From Ptychomitrium polyphyllum (taxonomy: Eukaryota): a stretch of DNA of 64,000 nt. How positions within the stretch are numbered: the stretch's first letter is position 1; each line of letters begins with the position of its first letter. The translations under genes were made by a program, and so were the position numbers. The notes beneath the pieces were generated by a model that searched no databases, was not told where the DNA came from, and saw nothing but the letters and a program-made list of their open reading frames with translations. Positions 52,100 through 64,000 of the stretch are shown in pieces. The stretch lies in assembly GCA_973851085.1 (NCBI GenBank), contig OZ316775.1, positions 6,076,001-6,140,000 of the forward strand, given 5' to 3'.

Positions 52100-52845
52100 T
52101 GCCCCTGACCCCACCAAACTAACCCTTTATTCCCTTTGCTTCACTCGACCTCTTCCCCCCCAAAGCCTAGAATCGCTGGAGTGAATGCCTGACCTCGTTC
52201 CAAACAGTTTCCCGCCGCCTGCATTCCTATTCTTGCACGTCAGCCAATCCCGAAGCGCCTGGCTGCATCTCGTAGCTCACCGCCGTTCTCGCAGTCCAGC
52301 GCCAGCCCGAGCTAGCCCGCGCCACTGCCGACCCCATGGCTGCCACGCCGTCTAGCTGAGTCAGCCCGCAGGTTCCCGCCCGCTCTTACAGTCTCACAGA
52401 AAGCCAGCTGCAACCTGTCCCGCCCCCGTTAACCTCCGCCCCGTTAGTAGCCTATCGCCCTGACTTGGCTTTGCAGCCCCGTCCGCCCAGCCCGTCGCTT
52501 CACTGTCCCGCGCCGTTCCGCCTACCAGCCCGTCCGTTCACACCTCCTCTTTCCGTCGCTCAGCAGCTCCCCCTGGTTCCCCTAGTTCCGCTGGTTCCCC
52601 TTTCACACTGGTGAGCAGTCCTCAAATAGACCTAGAACTTCTGTTCGCCGTTCCCTTGTATCCCGCCTGTTTGCCACCACGGTCCAGCCCATCGAGAACA
52701 CGCACAGCCTATATGCTCCATTCCAGCAGCCAGAACACATAACCCGTCCTCGTCTCCAGCACAGAACCTCATCTCACATCCAGCACCACTCCCATTACCA
52801 CTCCCATTACCACCCTCGTTGCCACCCTCGTTGCTACCCTTTTCT
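52100..52845. other. GC-rich, CpG-retaining, C-skewed island inside AT-rich repeat debris
   Basis: Dense cccgcc/gcccgt motifs, a donor-like ctg|gtgagc at 52611, and 12-bp tandem pairs (accactcccatt x2, accctcgttgc x2) at its right end. No ORF of 60 aa or more in the ORF track. Confidence 0.6.
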
Positions 52846-53899
52846 CTAAGTGTTTAAAATATTGTAAAAGTAACAGTATGACAACGCCCTAAAATGTACC
52901 AAGTTATTCAAATTCCCATTGTATGTTCTTGGAAAGACAACATGATTGTGAATTGGAAAAAGCCACAACCAGTATTCAAATAAATGCATCTGAAAAAACA
53001 GGACTCCATTTCAATTGGTAGATGAGAACTTTGATTCAATGACCTTAGCAGCCTACAGGTCTTAAACTGGAACCAAGAAAGTGAATTCGAAACTAGTTTT
53101 TTTGGTATTTGCAAATTAACTCTTATATAACTCTTATAAGAGGTATTTGCATGTATTGGATACTCTTGGTCTTGAAAGTATCTAGCCATGAGGCCATAAC
53201 TTCAAAATGTTGTGGAAATTTTATGTATGCCAAGGAGCCTATTGGGACTAACAGTACCTTATCTTGATGTGTTAAGTTAAAAAAGACACATTCATTTTGT
53301 GCATAAACACAATACTTATGTGACCCTCTAAAAATTTAGAATGCATGGATTTAGCCAGGTTGTGCTCCCTATTGCTCTTTTGTTTGCTGCATGATGAAAG
53401 GAATGTGTTCCTTAATTGTAAGGCATCCATTCGTTTCACTCCAAATTCCGTCATTTTAAGCTTGTAGGCTGGTTTTTCCCTCACTTGTCTTTCTTACTTC
53501 ATATTACGAAGTCTTTTCTTTTCATCCTTTTTGAACAATCTTTTGTCATTTTTCCTTCTCTTTGCCTTATCAGTTCTTTCATTTGCCTTGATAGACAATG
53601 GAACTAAGTCATCAACATCCATATCTTCTTCAACACCACCCTCTAGCATCAACAAGACCTCAACTTCTGTAGATGTTTTTCCATCAAATTTATTAGTCAA
53701 GAGGACTTCTAGTTGCGTGCCACTGCTCTTTTGCTATTTACTTGACCAATATTGAATATGTTATTCTACATCTTTACATTTGGCAGACAACCACCTACGG
53801 TGTCAACCACGTCCGGTATATAGTCCTCTGAAAAATGTCAATAAACACCACACACTCAACTTTCAATCTCCATTTCTCTCTCTCAAGCATTACTGTTAC

Positions 53900-56150
53900 A
53901 CCATAATTCTTTCTAAATCCAATAACTAATCAAGAAGCCTATCTCTTATGTAACAATCCACTGGAGCATTCAACTTTCACGTCCTATTACGACTGTGCAA
54001 TCAAAAAAATTCAATAAGTCACAATCAATTTTTGTTGATTTGCATAGCATAGGTGGCCTTTGAGGTTAGCCAATATAGTGGCATTTGAACACTTCATTCA
54101 TGTAGTTGGTCTCCTCATTTCAATTGGTAATCTTCCAGTTTTATATCCATTGAAAACTTGCACCTTTCAAAGAATAGTGTCTTTCCCAATTGGTCCCAGT
54201 CAAGAATTTCCATCCAGCATTGAGCCACATTAGTGAGAGACTCCCCCAACAGTTTGCTTTGCAAGAACTAATCTCTGGGTACATAGAAACATTTGTGGCT
54301 CCTTTGTGCTGTCCTTGTTTGCAGTGCAATTGTAAACCCGTAGATTTTGATGTAATAGTAAATCACTATGCAAGCACATAGCAAGAACAAACATTGTCTA
54401 ACTGATTTGCAACACACTGAAATCAGAATTTTCAGTTGAGTTGAGTTCAATCAAGGTTCAATGTTGTATTCTACAACCTGGTCACCAACTGAAACAAGCT
54501 ATTAACTCTATGATGCATGCACAAACACAACTTTAATCTCAACAAAAGCAAATCATTTGGTTCTTTGCCAGCATATTCTTGAAAGTTATGTAATCAGTGC
54601 TGATCAAGCACAAATAACATCTGAAAATTGAATGCCTCCATCACCTCATCCTGCTCCTGCTGGTGTTCAAGTGTATGCAATGAAGTAATAAGCAGCATAT
54701 ATTGTCATTGCCTTTCATTCTTGAAGCCACCACCAGCAGTACTTCTTGGACTATTAGTGCACAGCTTGACTTTATGTGTTTGGCACACTTACTATGTATG
54801 CACTTGGTTTAATGCTTCACTATACATTGTTGTATGTTGGCTCAGTATTCACAGAGTTGTGGCAGAAGCAAGGTGCACATAAAGGGTTGCATAGGACACA
54901 ACTTGACACTAGTAAAAGGCCCAAACTAAAATATATAGAACCACTTGGAAATTGCACTGTTAATATGGCAAGAATGTGTGTCCACACTGCTGGTGAGTAG
55001 TCTTGCAGATCTGTAACAGTTCATAGTTTCCCTAAAAGCTCAAACAGGAGCATTGAATTTTAAACAGACACTTAACATTCCCAAGTGCTGAACAGATGAA
55101 CTATAGTCTTGTGCCATTTATCAAGTAACCATGAGCAGGCACAAGGGAGTGCTATTCACACCTGAAATTTCAGAGTTTCAAGACAAGCAATATTGTTGGC
55201 AAAGTTCCAGCAGGAACAAAGTGGAAAGACCAGCCTTGCAACTCCTGAATTCCCTTTAACTTAGTTCAGCTCTGAGCATTGCATCAAGAACAAACACAAC
55301 CAAATCCTAGTTGCATTCGTATGGTAATCTTCAGAGATCTGTGTTGAAGATTCTCTGTAAAGCCCTTGCCCACCTTGCTTTTGGAAAATGAACCAGCTTA
55401 TGTATATGCTTTTCAAGTCTTTGAAAATGTTGTTTGGTACCCTAGTGAACAAACCAGCTCTTCAACATGAAGGTTGTTAAGCCATGCAAACCTAGGATGT
55501 TAGGCTTCTAGGTCTGATGTCATTTTGAAATTTATGGAGGGGCATAATACATGTTGAATCAATGACAAACACAAGTGCCAAGGCAGCACAGGAACTGGAG
55601 GAAACTGGAGCTCCCACCCCACCTGCTTGGAAGGCCAGGGAGAGCAATACGGAAACCTGGAAAGGAAAGAACAGTGATAAATGTAGCATCTTATAGTACT
55701 TTGGTCTGATGTTAATATAACACTCATTCTATGTTTCTGTGTTCAGTAACTAGTTGTTCTCAATTCAAAGAGTCTGTAAAGGAACTAAGGGTCAAACAGG
55801 TTGAATAGTGGCTCTATGCACACCTTTAGTGGCATTGCACCAAAAATGTCACCATGCTACCAAGCTTGAAAACTTGACAGATAAACTTGTAGATATACTA
55901 TACATGACCGAGACAGGAAGGGGGGATGTGCAAATCCCAACCTGCCACCGCGTCAACATTGCACTTAGGATAAAGTGTGACCTTTTTGTCCCCTTCCAGT
56001 TTGTCCCAGTACACTAGAACTTCTTGAATCTCAGAGATTCAATGAGGAACTGTTGAAACCAAAAGGATTCTTGCCAATGAAGGTCCATGGACTCCTACTA
56101 AGAGCTTAGTGGTCCAGTGGATGTGACCATTGCCAAGTAATAGCAATTGA
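53900..56150 (-). mobile_element. Possible highly degenerate DNA-transposon coding relic (Mutator-like, with a Ulp1-like fragment)
   Basis: Moderate-GC, stop-riddled frames. VARLVFPLCSCWNFANN (~55190-55245) weakly resembles the MULE A..VFP....C..H..N motif, CIHSKCAKHI (~54770-54805) a SWIM-like stretch, and VIYYYIK...HKCFY...FLQSKL (~54255-54370) a Ulp1/C48 N-terminal segment. All matched by eye only. Confidence 0.25.
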
Positions 56151-58979
56151 ATTTACTTTCATGATATCTTAAATGAAATTGAAGTGAATAATAAAACCTA
56201 AAATAAACCCATTTTACTGTCATTTGTGCTTAGACTAAAGAATTCTGATGAATACCAAACATTAAATAAACCCATTTACATACATCTTCTATATAACTAA
56301 TTCACAAAATGAGCCCCTTGAAGGATTCCACCCATCTTATGTTTGAAGAATTCCAGAGACCTATTACAAAATACCCCTTGAAAAAAGAATTTGGAATTGT
56401 TGAACAAACAAGATTTATAAAATCAGCATCGTAGATTTTATGTATAATTATGCTTAATATTTATAATACCAATATTTTTATTTAAACATAAATTTTTAAA
56501 TCAAAGTTTTTTCTTAGAAAATTTTTAAATCATGTTTTAAAATTTATTCAATGAAATTTATTACAATGGCTTGGAAGTGGGATGCTCTAAACATAATTAT
56601 TTTTTGGGCATTATTAAGCACATAAACCCATGAACTCAAAAGAATAATGCAAAAATTTGAACTGGATCTAATTTTTATTTATTTATTATTGACCTAATAA
56701 TACTGTGAGATTTTTAACCAATCTTTACACTAGTTCGAATAGATTTTTCGAAAATAGTGTGAGATAATAAAAGAAAATGAGCTTTGTTGAAATAACGATA
56801 ACTGTTTACTGACTTTTCACATATGTGTTTATAAAACCAATTTATTATTTCTTTTTGCACTAATTAATAAACAATAGTACAGACCTCACAAAAAGTCATA
56901 CAACCACAATCACTGTTAAATTTCAAATTTAAGACTCACGCTTTTTTTTCTTATTGTCAAAATTACTGCAAGAATGCTTCATTACTCTAATTCTTTGGAA
57001 TGCAAACAACGGTTTAGTGAAAATCAGGCCCAACTCTGCTTTCATAATCACTCAAAAACCAGTTAATCCTACCCTTGCACACTTGGTATTCATTTTGATA
57101 AAATCTGGCAACACCCCGAAAAAAATAAATTATTGCACTGATTATTATTCGTTACTGTAATAAGGGCTATTAACAGTAATTACAGAATGAGAATGAAATA
57201 TGAACCACACTAATTGAGAGTTCTTACATAATTGTGTCAGTGTAGGTATAATGAACAATAAATAAGGTTACAACACATCTCAATGAAGACTTGTGGAATC
57301 TGATCTATATAATCCAGATTTTCTTGGTTTCTATCTTTCTCTTCTATTTTACTTTTTTGACGTAATATAGCATAGATGTTGTAAAGTTGAGATTTCATAT
57401 CAATAATATGTGGACTAAACATGAGGATAAATGAGGAATCAACTCTTAAATTTACTTGGACCAGAAATGAAAGTCAATGTTGTCTGTCTTCTTTTTATCT
57501 GTTGTGCAAAGGTTCTCAAATATTCACAACTATGATTCAAAACCTACAGGAATTTGTAGATCTATAAATATACCCTCTTTAATTTAATTTGAATCCAGAG
57601 TGGTATTTGAATAAACTCTTAGATGCAGATTTGCGTGTTAACAATAACCATGGAACAAGGTCCAGCCAAACGAGGCTGGACAGGGGAAGATGTTAATCAC
57701 ACTGGAATAGTCAGCTCCAAGAGACTGTACAGATTCAGACTTTACCAGGGCGTGTATGAATTTAGATACCATGTCAACACTTTTACCATTTTGATATAGG
57801 AAAATTTGAAGACCCCTTAACCTTTACCATTATGACATTTGAAAAGCCATATACTTGCCAAACACTGCTATACACTTCACTTGGACAACCAGAGTTCAAT
57901 TTCCTATGTAAACTGTCAGTATTTTGGGTGCCACTTGTTTAGAGTCAATGTGTAAAACATTTTCAAAATGTATGTACAGCTACATCCCCAGATTATTTTT
58001 TCATTAGCATCCCAAAAACAAATCATCATAACATTCTCAGCCCGTAGACTTAACTCCCATGCTTGCAAATATTTGCTAGATGTAATTTGTATACTGGCTT
58101 TGATGCCTTATAAAGGTAAAACAAGTTAGAGATTTTCCCTTTCTTTATATTTTTGGAGCTTGAAATTCCATCTTATTTTGAAGGCATAAGTTGCATTAAA
58201 TATGTACATTTTCTCATTAAACTTTCTTGAGGTGAGAAGGCAAGAAAGATGAGAAGGAAATCAACTTTTGATGAAGCTAGGAAAACTTTAAATTTTAAAT
58301 TAAAATGTATGCATAGATGCATTACCAAAGTATTAAATTTTAATGGATTTATTTGATTTTCTTAAATTATTTTATTTTTTATTTTTTTAAAATTAATTGG
58401 TAATTTTACATCATACTATGGTACCTTATTGGACATTTTCATTGTATTTTCATTTATGGCCCTTCTTTTTCTTTGTAAAATTCCAATCCATTGATTAAAG
58501 TAAATAAGTAGGCCTTGGATTAGATTAATCAATATTCAACCTTTTAATGGGAATTCAAGTTATAGTTGAAAAATAAAATTTTAAAAATAAAAAGGTGGTA
58601 TTATATACAAATACACATATAACAAGAAATTAAAAGATTTGATGAAGCAAGAATGAAAATTCATTTAATTATTGAGCATAAAATTTGTAAATTTTGGATA
58701 TAATATAAGTAGTTTGAAGAAAATATAAGATCGTTATAAGAATGTACATAGAACATGTCTTAATGTTTATTTAATTATAAAATTTCCTATTATACTCATA
58801 GTGTTATTTAAATTATCTCCTTAACACACAAGATTTTCAAATATAGAACAAAATATTCTTCTTTATAAACATATATCATATCTTTTTCAATAATGATGTT
58901 GTAACAAACAAAGTAATGATAAAATAAGATTTCAAGACTTAAGAACTTTAGAATGTAGAATAAGGTATTTCCAAGATAT

Positions 58980-59268
58980 ATTAGAAGCAAAGAGTTATAA
59001 CAAGGTACAAGTACATGACTAGGAGGTTTGAACTATACCTTAAAAGATGTATTGTCAAGATTGAACATGTCTTTCAACCTTGACTCCAATATATACTAAA
59101 ACTACTAGCCTTAGGAGTTTCTTGAGAAGCTTACAATATAATGCTTTGTATGTAAGCGACATCAAGATATTTCTTTAGGAGGTTCTTTAGACAAGAAAAC
59201 TGCTTTGGAACCTTCTTAAATCTTCTAAGAACCTCTCTAAAAGCTTCTAATATATATATGTCCATGAT
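58980..59268. mobile_element. LTR-like remnant
   Basis: Composition and motifs resemble the 42-kb copies (caagattgaa, ttctaaga/cttct-rich body, terminal tccatgata). Confidence 0.35.
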
Positions 59269-62200
59269 AGATGTGCTGATGGAATCATTGGGGTGATTTT
59301 TACTTGAGATTGTCTTGCATATGCATTTTAGTTTTTTCTTTTATTTCAATCATATTTGTACTTCTTTAGTAGAACAACTTCAAATAGAGTTCTTTAGTAT
59401 TGCCAATATAAAAATACCAAAATCATATAAAATCAAAATTCTACAATTTAATTTTATATTCTCACAATTGATCCAAAAAACTTGGACTTTTAAATTTTCT
59501 TGTATTTAATAAAATTTAACTATTTCACTTAATTAACATGAAAATTTCATTGAAAATTGTGTTTTTAATAGTAAAAAAATGAGTTTTGATTCAAATTGGA
59601 CTTTGAAACTCACAATTCAAAAATCTTAAAATACAAAAAAATTAAATCATATACATAAACACATATACATATATATGTACATTAAAAATGATTCATATTC
59701 ATAAGCATTTTTTGAATATATGCTAAAATATAATGTAGTGGTTTCAGAAAAAGTAGAGTTTTATGTTTTACATAACAACCATATCAATGATTAAATTTTG
59801 TAAAGCCACATGGCATCTCAAAAGACATATTTAAAAAAAATTCAACTTACAAATTTAGAATTATGAATTTCAAATCAAAATAATATTAGAACGAAATTTG
59901 AAGTGCTCACTAACCACTATAAAGTGGTAACTTTTGGATTTGCATAAAATTATGTGGTATCAATCATACATGTCTTCATGTTTTATACTTAAGTATTTCA
60001 ATAAAGCGTAAAAAAAACATTATTGCATACAATGCTTTCAAGATGGTTTTTAAAAATATAAAAAATAAAGCAAAATGTAAGTTCTGATTGTCTAATTTAA
60101 GATTTGTGCGCACTACTTACTTCACCACAAATATAGGATTTACTACTTTAAGAAGTAATATTTAATCTGAAGGCCAATCACTACCTTGACAACACCGTTT
60201 CTTGTTTTTGCTCTCATCTATTGCAGAGACAATTCTACATTAAATTTGGATTTCAAAGAAAAGTAAACACAAAAATTGAAACACAAAATCATTTCACTAC
60301 TTCTTTGCACTTTGCAATTATTTGTCATAAAGGGACATTTGTTTATAACTAGCTTAGGGTTTTTTCTGTCATTTGTTTTTTAGAATTATGTCGTGACAAT
60401 CTTGATATATGAGCATGGTAAGGTAACAAACACTATCCAACATCTCAAGCATTTCAATGTATCTGAAAGATTAATTTCATATCACAAAAATGCAAACATG
60501 TGTATCTTAAAACAATAAGCGCAAATCCAGTTTAAAATTTCAAATGAAATATTTCATTTTCTTCACGAATTTAAGAAAAAAGTCTCCACAGATTTCTATA
60601 TTTGTTAATATATTAATTTTTTTTTAATACACACGTCATCCACCTGTTACCCACCATCATATTGTTAACACTTCATTCCATAAGGAGTAGTGACTTGATT
60701 GAATAGTGATGAATTCTACCATGGGTGCTTTCATTCTGAACTGCAAAGCCTGTTGCTTGATTCCATTCTTGAACCTGTGCAACAAACTGACAATAATCCC
60801 AGCAGCACAAACTATATGGGCAATCAAGTGGATGGGCCATGGAGCTTTCTTGTCCAATCTCTCAGCAGAAATGATTTAAAGCACACATACTAGAATTATG
60901 CTGAAAGTACCCATGACTTTGGCATGTTGTGTACAGGCAAAATGGTTATTTTATACAAGCTTCAAGGCACTAACATCTACACTACACTAATATTGATGGT
61001 CTGAAAGAAACTTGATGGACCGGAAAGAGTGAGTCTCACCCTGTACTTGCAAAGTAACACAGAATTTCCATATTTTCATGATAATTCTACTGCAGTAGGT
61101 AAGTTAGGTGTCAAATTGAAAACACTCAACCTCCAGCACAGCATTTCATGAGTGCCCTGAGGGGCTGCACTCTGCCATTTCTTGCAAGGCACTCCTTGCC
61201 GCCAAAAAAGATTCTGTGACCTGTCTGTTGAAACCATTTTCTGGCAACCACTGACTGTCTTTTCCATATTTTTTTAGAGAGAGTTAACTTACATCAAAAT
61301 TTCACTTTTGAGTTTGGTACTAATGTCTGCATTTTGTAGCCACATGAACATGCACCAGTATTATAACAGAGCATCTGGGTTAACTATTCTAATACACACA
61401 ATGTTTAACAAAGTTTAGTACTTGAAAAAAGAATGGAATGTTTTTTTTTTTAATCATAGTGCATGGTCATGTAGCTAAAGAATGTTATGTTGGTATATGA
61501 AAAATGATATGATACATCAAAAAATCAACATGCTAACCTTGATGTTAATACAATATAGGTATAATATTGCATGATATATGTTTTACTATAATATAAAACA
61601 AAACAACCAAATTTTTTTTATTCATAGAAATTGTAATATTAATATAAACATATGTTATTGTTAGAATTTGGTATCAGTAATCATATCTTTTTACCTTTTC
61701 AAGAAAATCCGTATTTGGTTATCTAAGCATGGATCATACCTTGATCAATATAGGAGCTCTTAGATTTATTGTGTAGGAGCACCATATGTTTATTAGCGGT
61801 TAAGATGTTGATACACATGCTTACTTCAAATTATTTTTCAATCTAAAACCATGGTTTATAAGTAGCCAATACAAAAGCCTCTTGATCTTTACAAATCTTA
61901 ATAATAATTTAAACATGTATTAATTTTTACCTTGTCCTTTATTTCACAATTATCCAACTTCTTCATTAGATTTTTCAATTTTCCCTTCTTCTATCCAACT
62001 TTACTTTGTCTTTTTAATTCACTATTCAATATTATTAAAAATCATCAACCTGAATTTATACCTATACCTATCAAATTTGTACCAACTTTCCTTTGACATA
62101 AGTGTCTAATTAATGTACTTGAAATCCTAAGCCATGTAGATATAATACACTTTCTTTTTAAATGAAAAATACAAATATTATTGTATAGCAAATTACAAAT

Positions 62201-64000
62201 AATGTTGCTTGTCTAATTTGTATATCAAAAATTAAAAAATCTATACCTTTACACTTCTAGCACATGTATTATTGACATTGGAATAAACTAAAGTGAAAAA
62301 AAGAATGCTTCATTTACAAAGGGTTTAGGATCTTTGTCTTCTTTTTCCTTCTTAATTATTTTCTTCTTATAAATGACCTAAATCCAAATTTCCCCTTATG
62401 AAATTTTTGAAAGAAAAAAGAACATTATCTGTCATTTGTTATACAACAACGAATCCAAACAAAAAGGAATTTTTTGCCAATGCAATGGTTCATTGAAATT
62501 GGAAGTTTCTATTCACTGCATGAGTATGTTTTCTTGATGTTCCTGCCAATATCCGCAACAGAAGTGCATCTTCTATCTCTGAACATTCTTTTTGTTGGAG
62601 TTGTGGGTTTTGAGCCTTGACAGTTTGTTCTCATTGACCAGCTGACTTAAAATGTGCTCACTGGGATTTGACAACTTGACATCGTCACAGATAATCCTTC
62701 TAAATCATTCCCTCCTCCACAAGTTGCACCAAGGGGAGGAAAAGGAGGAAAACAAGTACTGCCTTGGAAAATTCGCAATCTGTATCAGTATCAGTGCATC
62801 ACTGAAGTTCAGCCTGTCAAAAATACATTGTCCCTTTCTAAAAATACTGTTTATACTGCATTCCATATTTTCAGCCTTAAAATCTTGCATGCACTGGACC
62901 CCGCTTTGTGGCTTGTGTATATGGTTGTACCACATCTTAAGGAACAACTACGTTTTCAACAACATTCAATGGACTCCTTGCCTATTCAGCAGTCCCTCTC
63001 TGATGATAGGAATACTAGTCATACTTATTAGACTAGAAATTTAAAATGCAATAGACATTAGTCAAACGCATTAAAAAGGTGTACAGAATCTATTTGAATT
63101 CAATGATATTCTTGTAGAAAAGTTCAAAATCCTTTAATATTTTTTAATTATAAATCCTACTGAATCCTATTGAATCCTTAGAATAATGGATTAAAATGAA
63201 AATTATGAGCTTTTTCAAACACAGTTGTACCATTTAGATGTCTCTTAGTGCATTAGAATGTATTACTAGTGCATTATGATACGTTTTTGTAAAACCAAAA
63301 TCCAATTTTCTAAATATTGATCTGATTTTTTATTTATAAATGTTTATGATGGTTTTGGTTGTTCCACCAATGAAATAAGTAAATTTAATCATTTATTGAC
63401 TTTTAGTAGGCCTTTACTTAGCTTCAAATCGTAACATGAAGTGGCCCTTATATTTATATATATGTACAAACAACATACTTCATTTTTATTTTGTATGAAT
63501 GTAAGGATATGAACAGTTCCAAACAGTACGATTGAAAGAGACTTCGACTTAATCTTAAACGACAATGGTGATAATTCTTATTGTAATTGACCCTTAAAAT
63601 TTAAAAATAAAAATAAATTATATGGCTTCAAAGTAAATCATCAAAAAAGGTTGTTTTCTTTTTATTTATAAATTTCTTGATTTTGAATGATAGAAGGAAC
63701 ATGAAATCAAAGTTATGTGCAGAAGTTTCTTAAAAAACATTCATTTAATGCATTTTGATTAAAATATACATAATCAAATAAAAACTCAAGGATTTAAAGA
63801 TGGTTAAAGGTTTGTTGACTTTCAACAAAATCCAAAAAATTACAATAAGAATTACAATAAAGGATAATTATCTTACTAGTTAACAATTCTAATAGATAAC
63901 TTAGGAAATCTAAGTAGGAATTATATTTCAAAATATTGGCTTGAAATAGATATCAAAAGTACTAAATTAGCTCTTAGTAATCCAAATGACCAATTTAGTT

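Larger units (their letters stand above)
39600..64000. other. Gene-free AT-rich region of degenerate transposable-element debris
   Basis: Very AT-rich, CG dinucleotides visibly rare, only short low-complexity ORFs, scattered repeat remnants, and several moderate-GC stop-riddled patches (~48.0-49.4, 52.9-56.2, 57.2-58.1, 60.6-61.4, 62.4-63.0 kb). Confidence 0.8.

Noticed and set aside
39600..64000. Short ORFs (60-130 aa) in the AT-rich region as genes
   Set aside because: Rich in I, K, F, N and L, no motifs, no consistent splice structure; expected by chance in decayed repeats.

Overview
Eukaryotic, intron-rich land-plant DNA. Gene content, GT-AG introns and GC-moderate gene islands set in very AT-rich decayed repeats point to a moss such as Physcomitrium; the species is inferred, not proven. 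About 2.8-39.6 kb is gene-dense. It holds a STRUBBELIG-receptor-family LRR kinase (+), a protein-only RNase P (PRORP, -), a frameshifted L-type lectin receptor kinase pseudogene (+), a plastid-type GNAT acetyltransferase (-), a SABATH methyltransferase (+), a spliced orphan gene of about 388 aa (-) and an O-fucosyltransferase-family (DUF246/GT106) glycosyltransferase (-). Positions 1-2.7 kb and 39.6-64 kb are gene-free, CpG-depleted transposon debris with one GC-rich island. No prokaryotic-type system, CRISPR array, rRNA or convincing tRNA is visible. The best leads are the orphan gene (speculative beta-pore-forming-toxin-like pattern, plus an apparently decayed last exon), a miRNA-like hairpin at 18.26-18.36 kb, the repeat-containing PRORP C-terminal tail and an unexplained GC-rich island at 24.4-25.1 kb. 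Exon boundaries were read by hand and could be off by a few bases.
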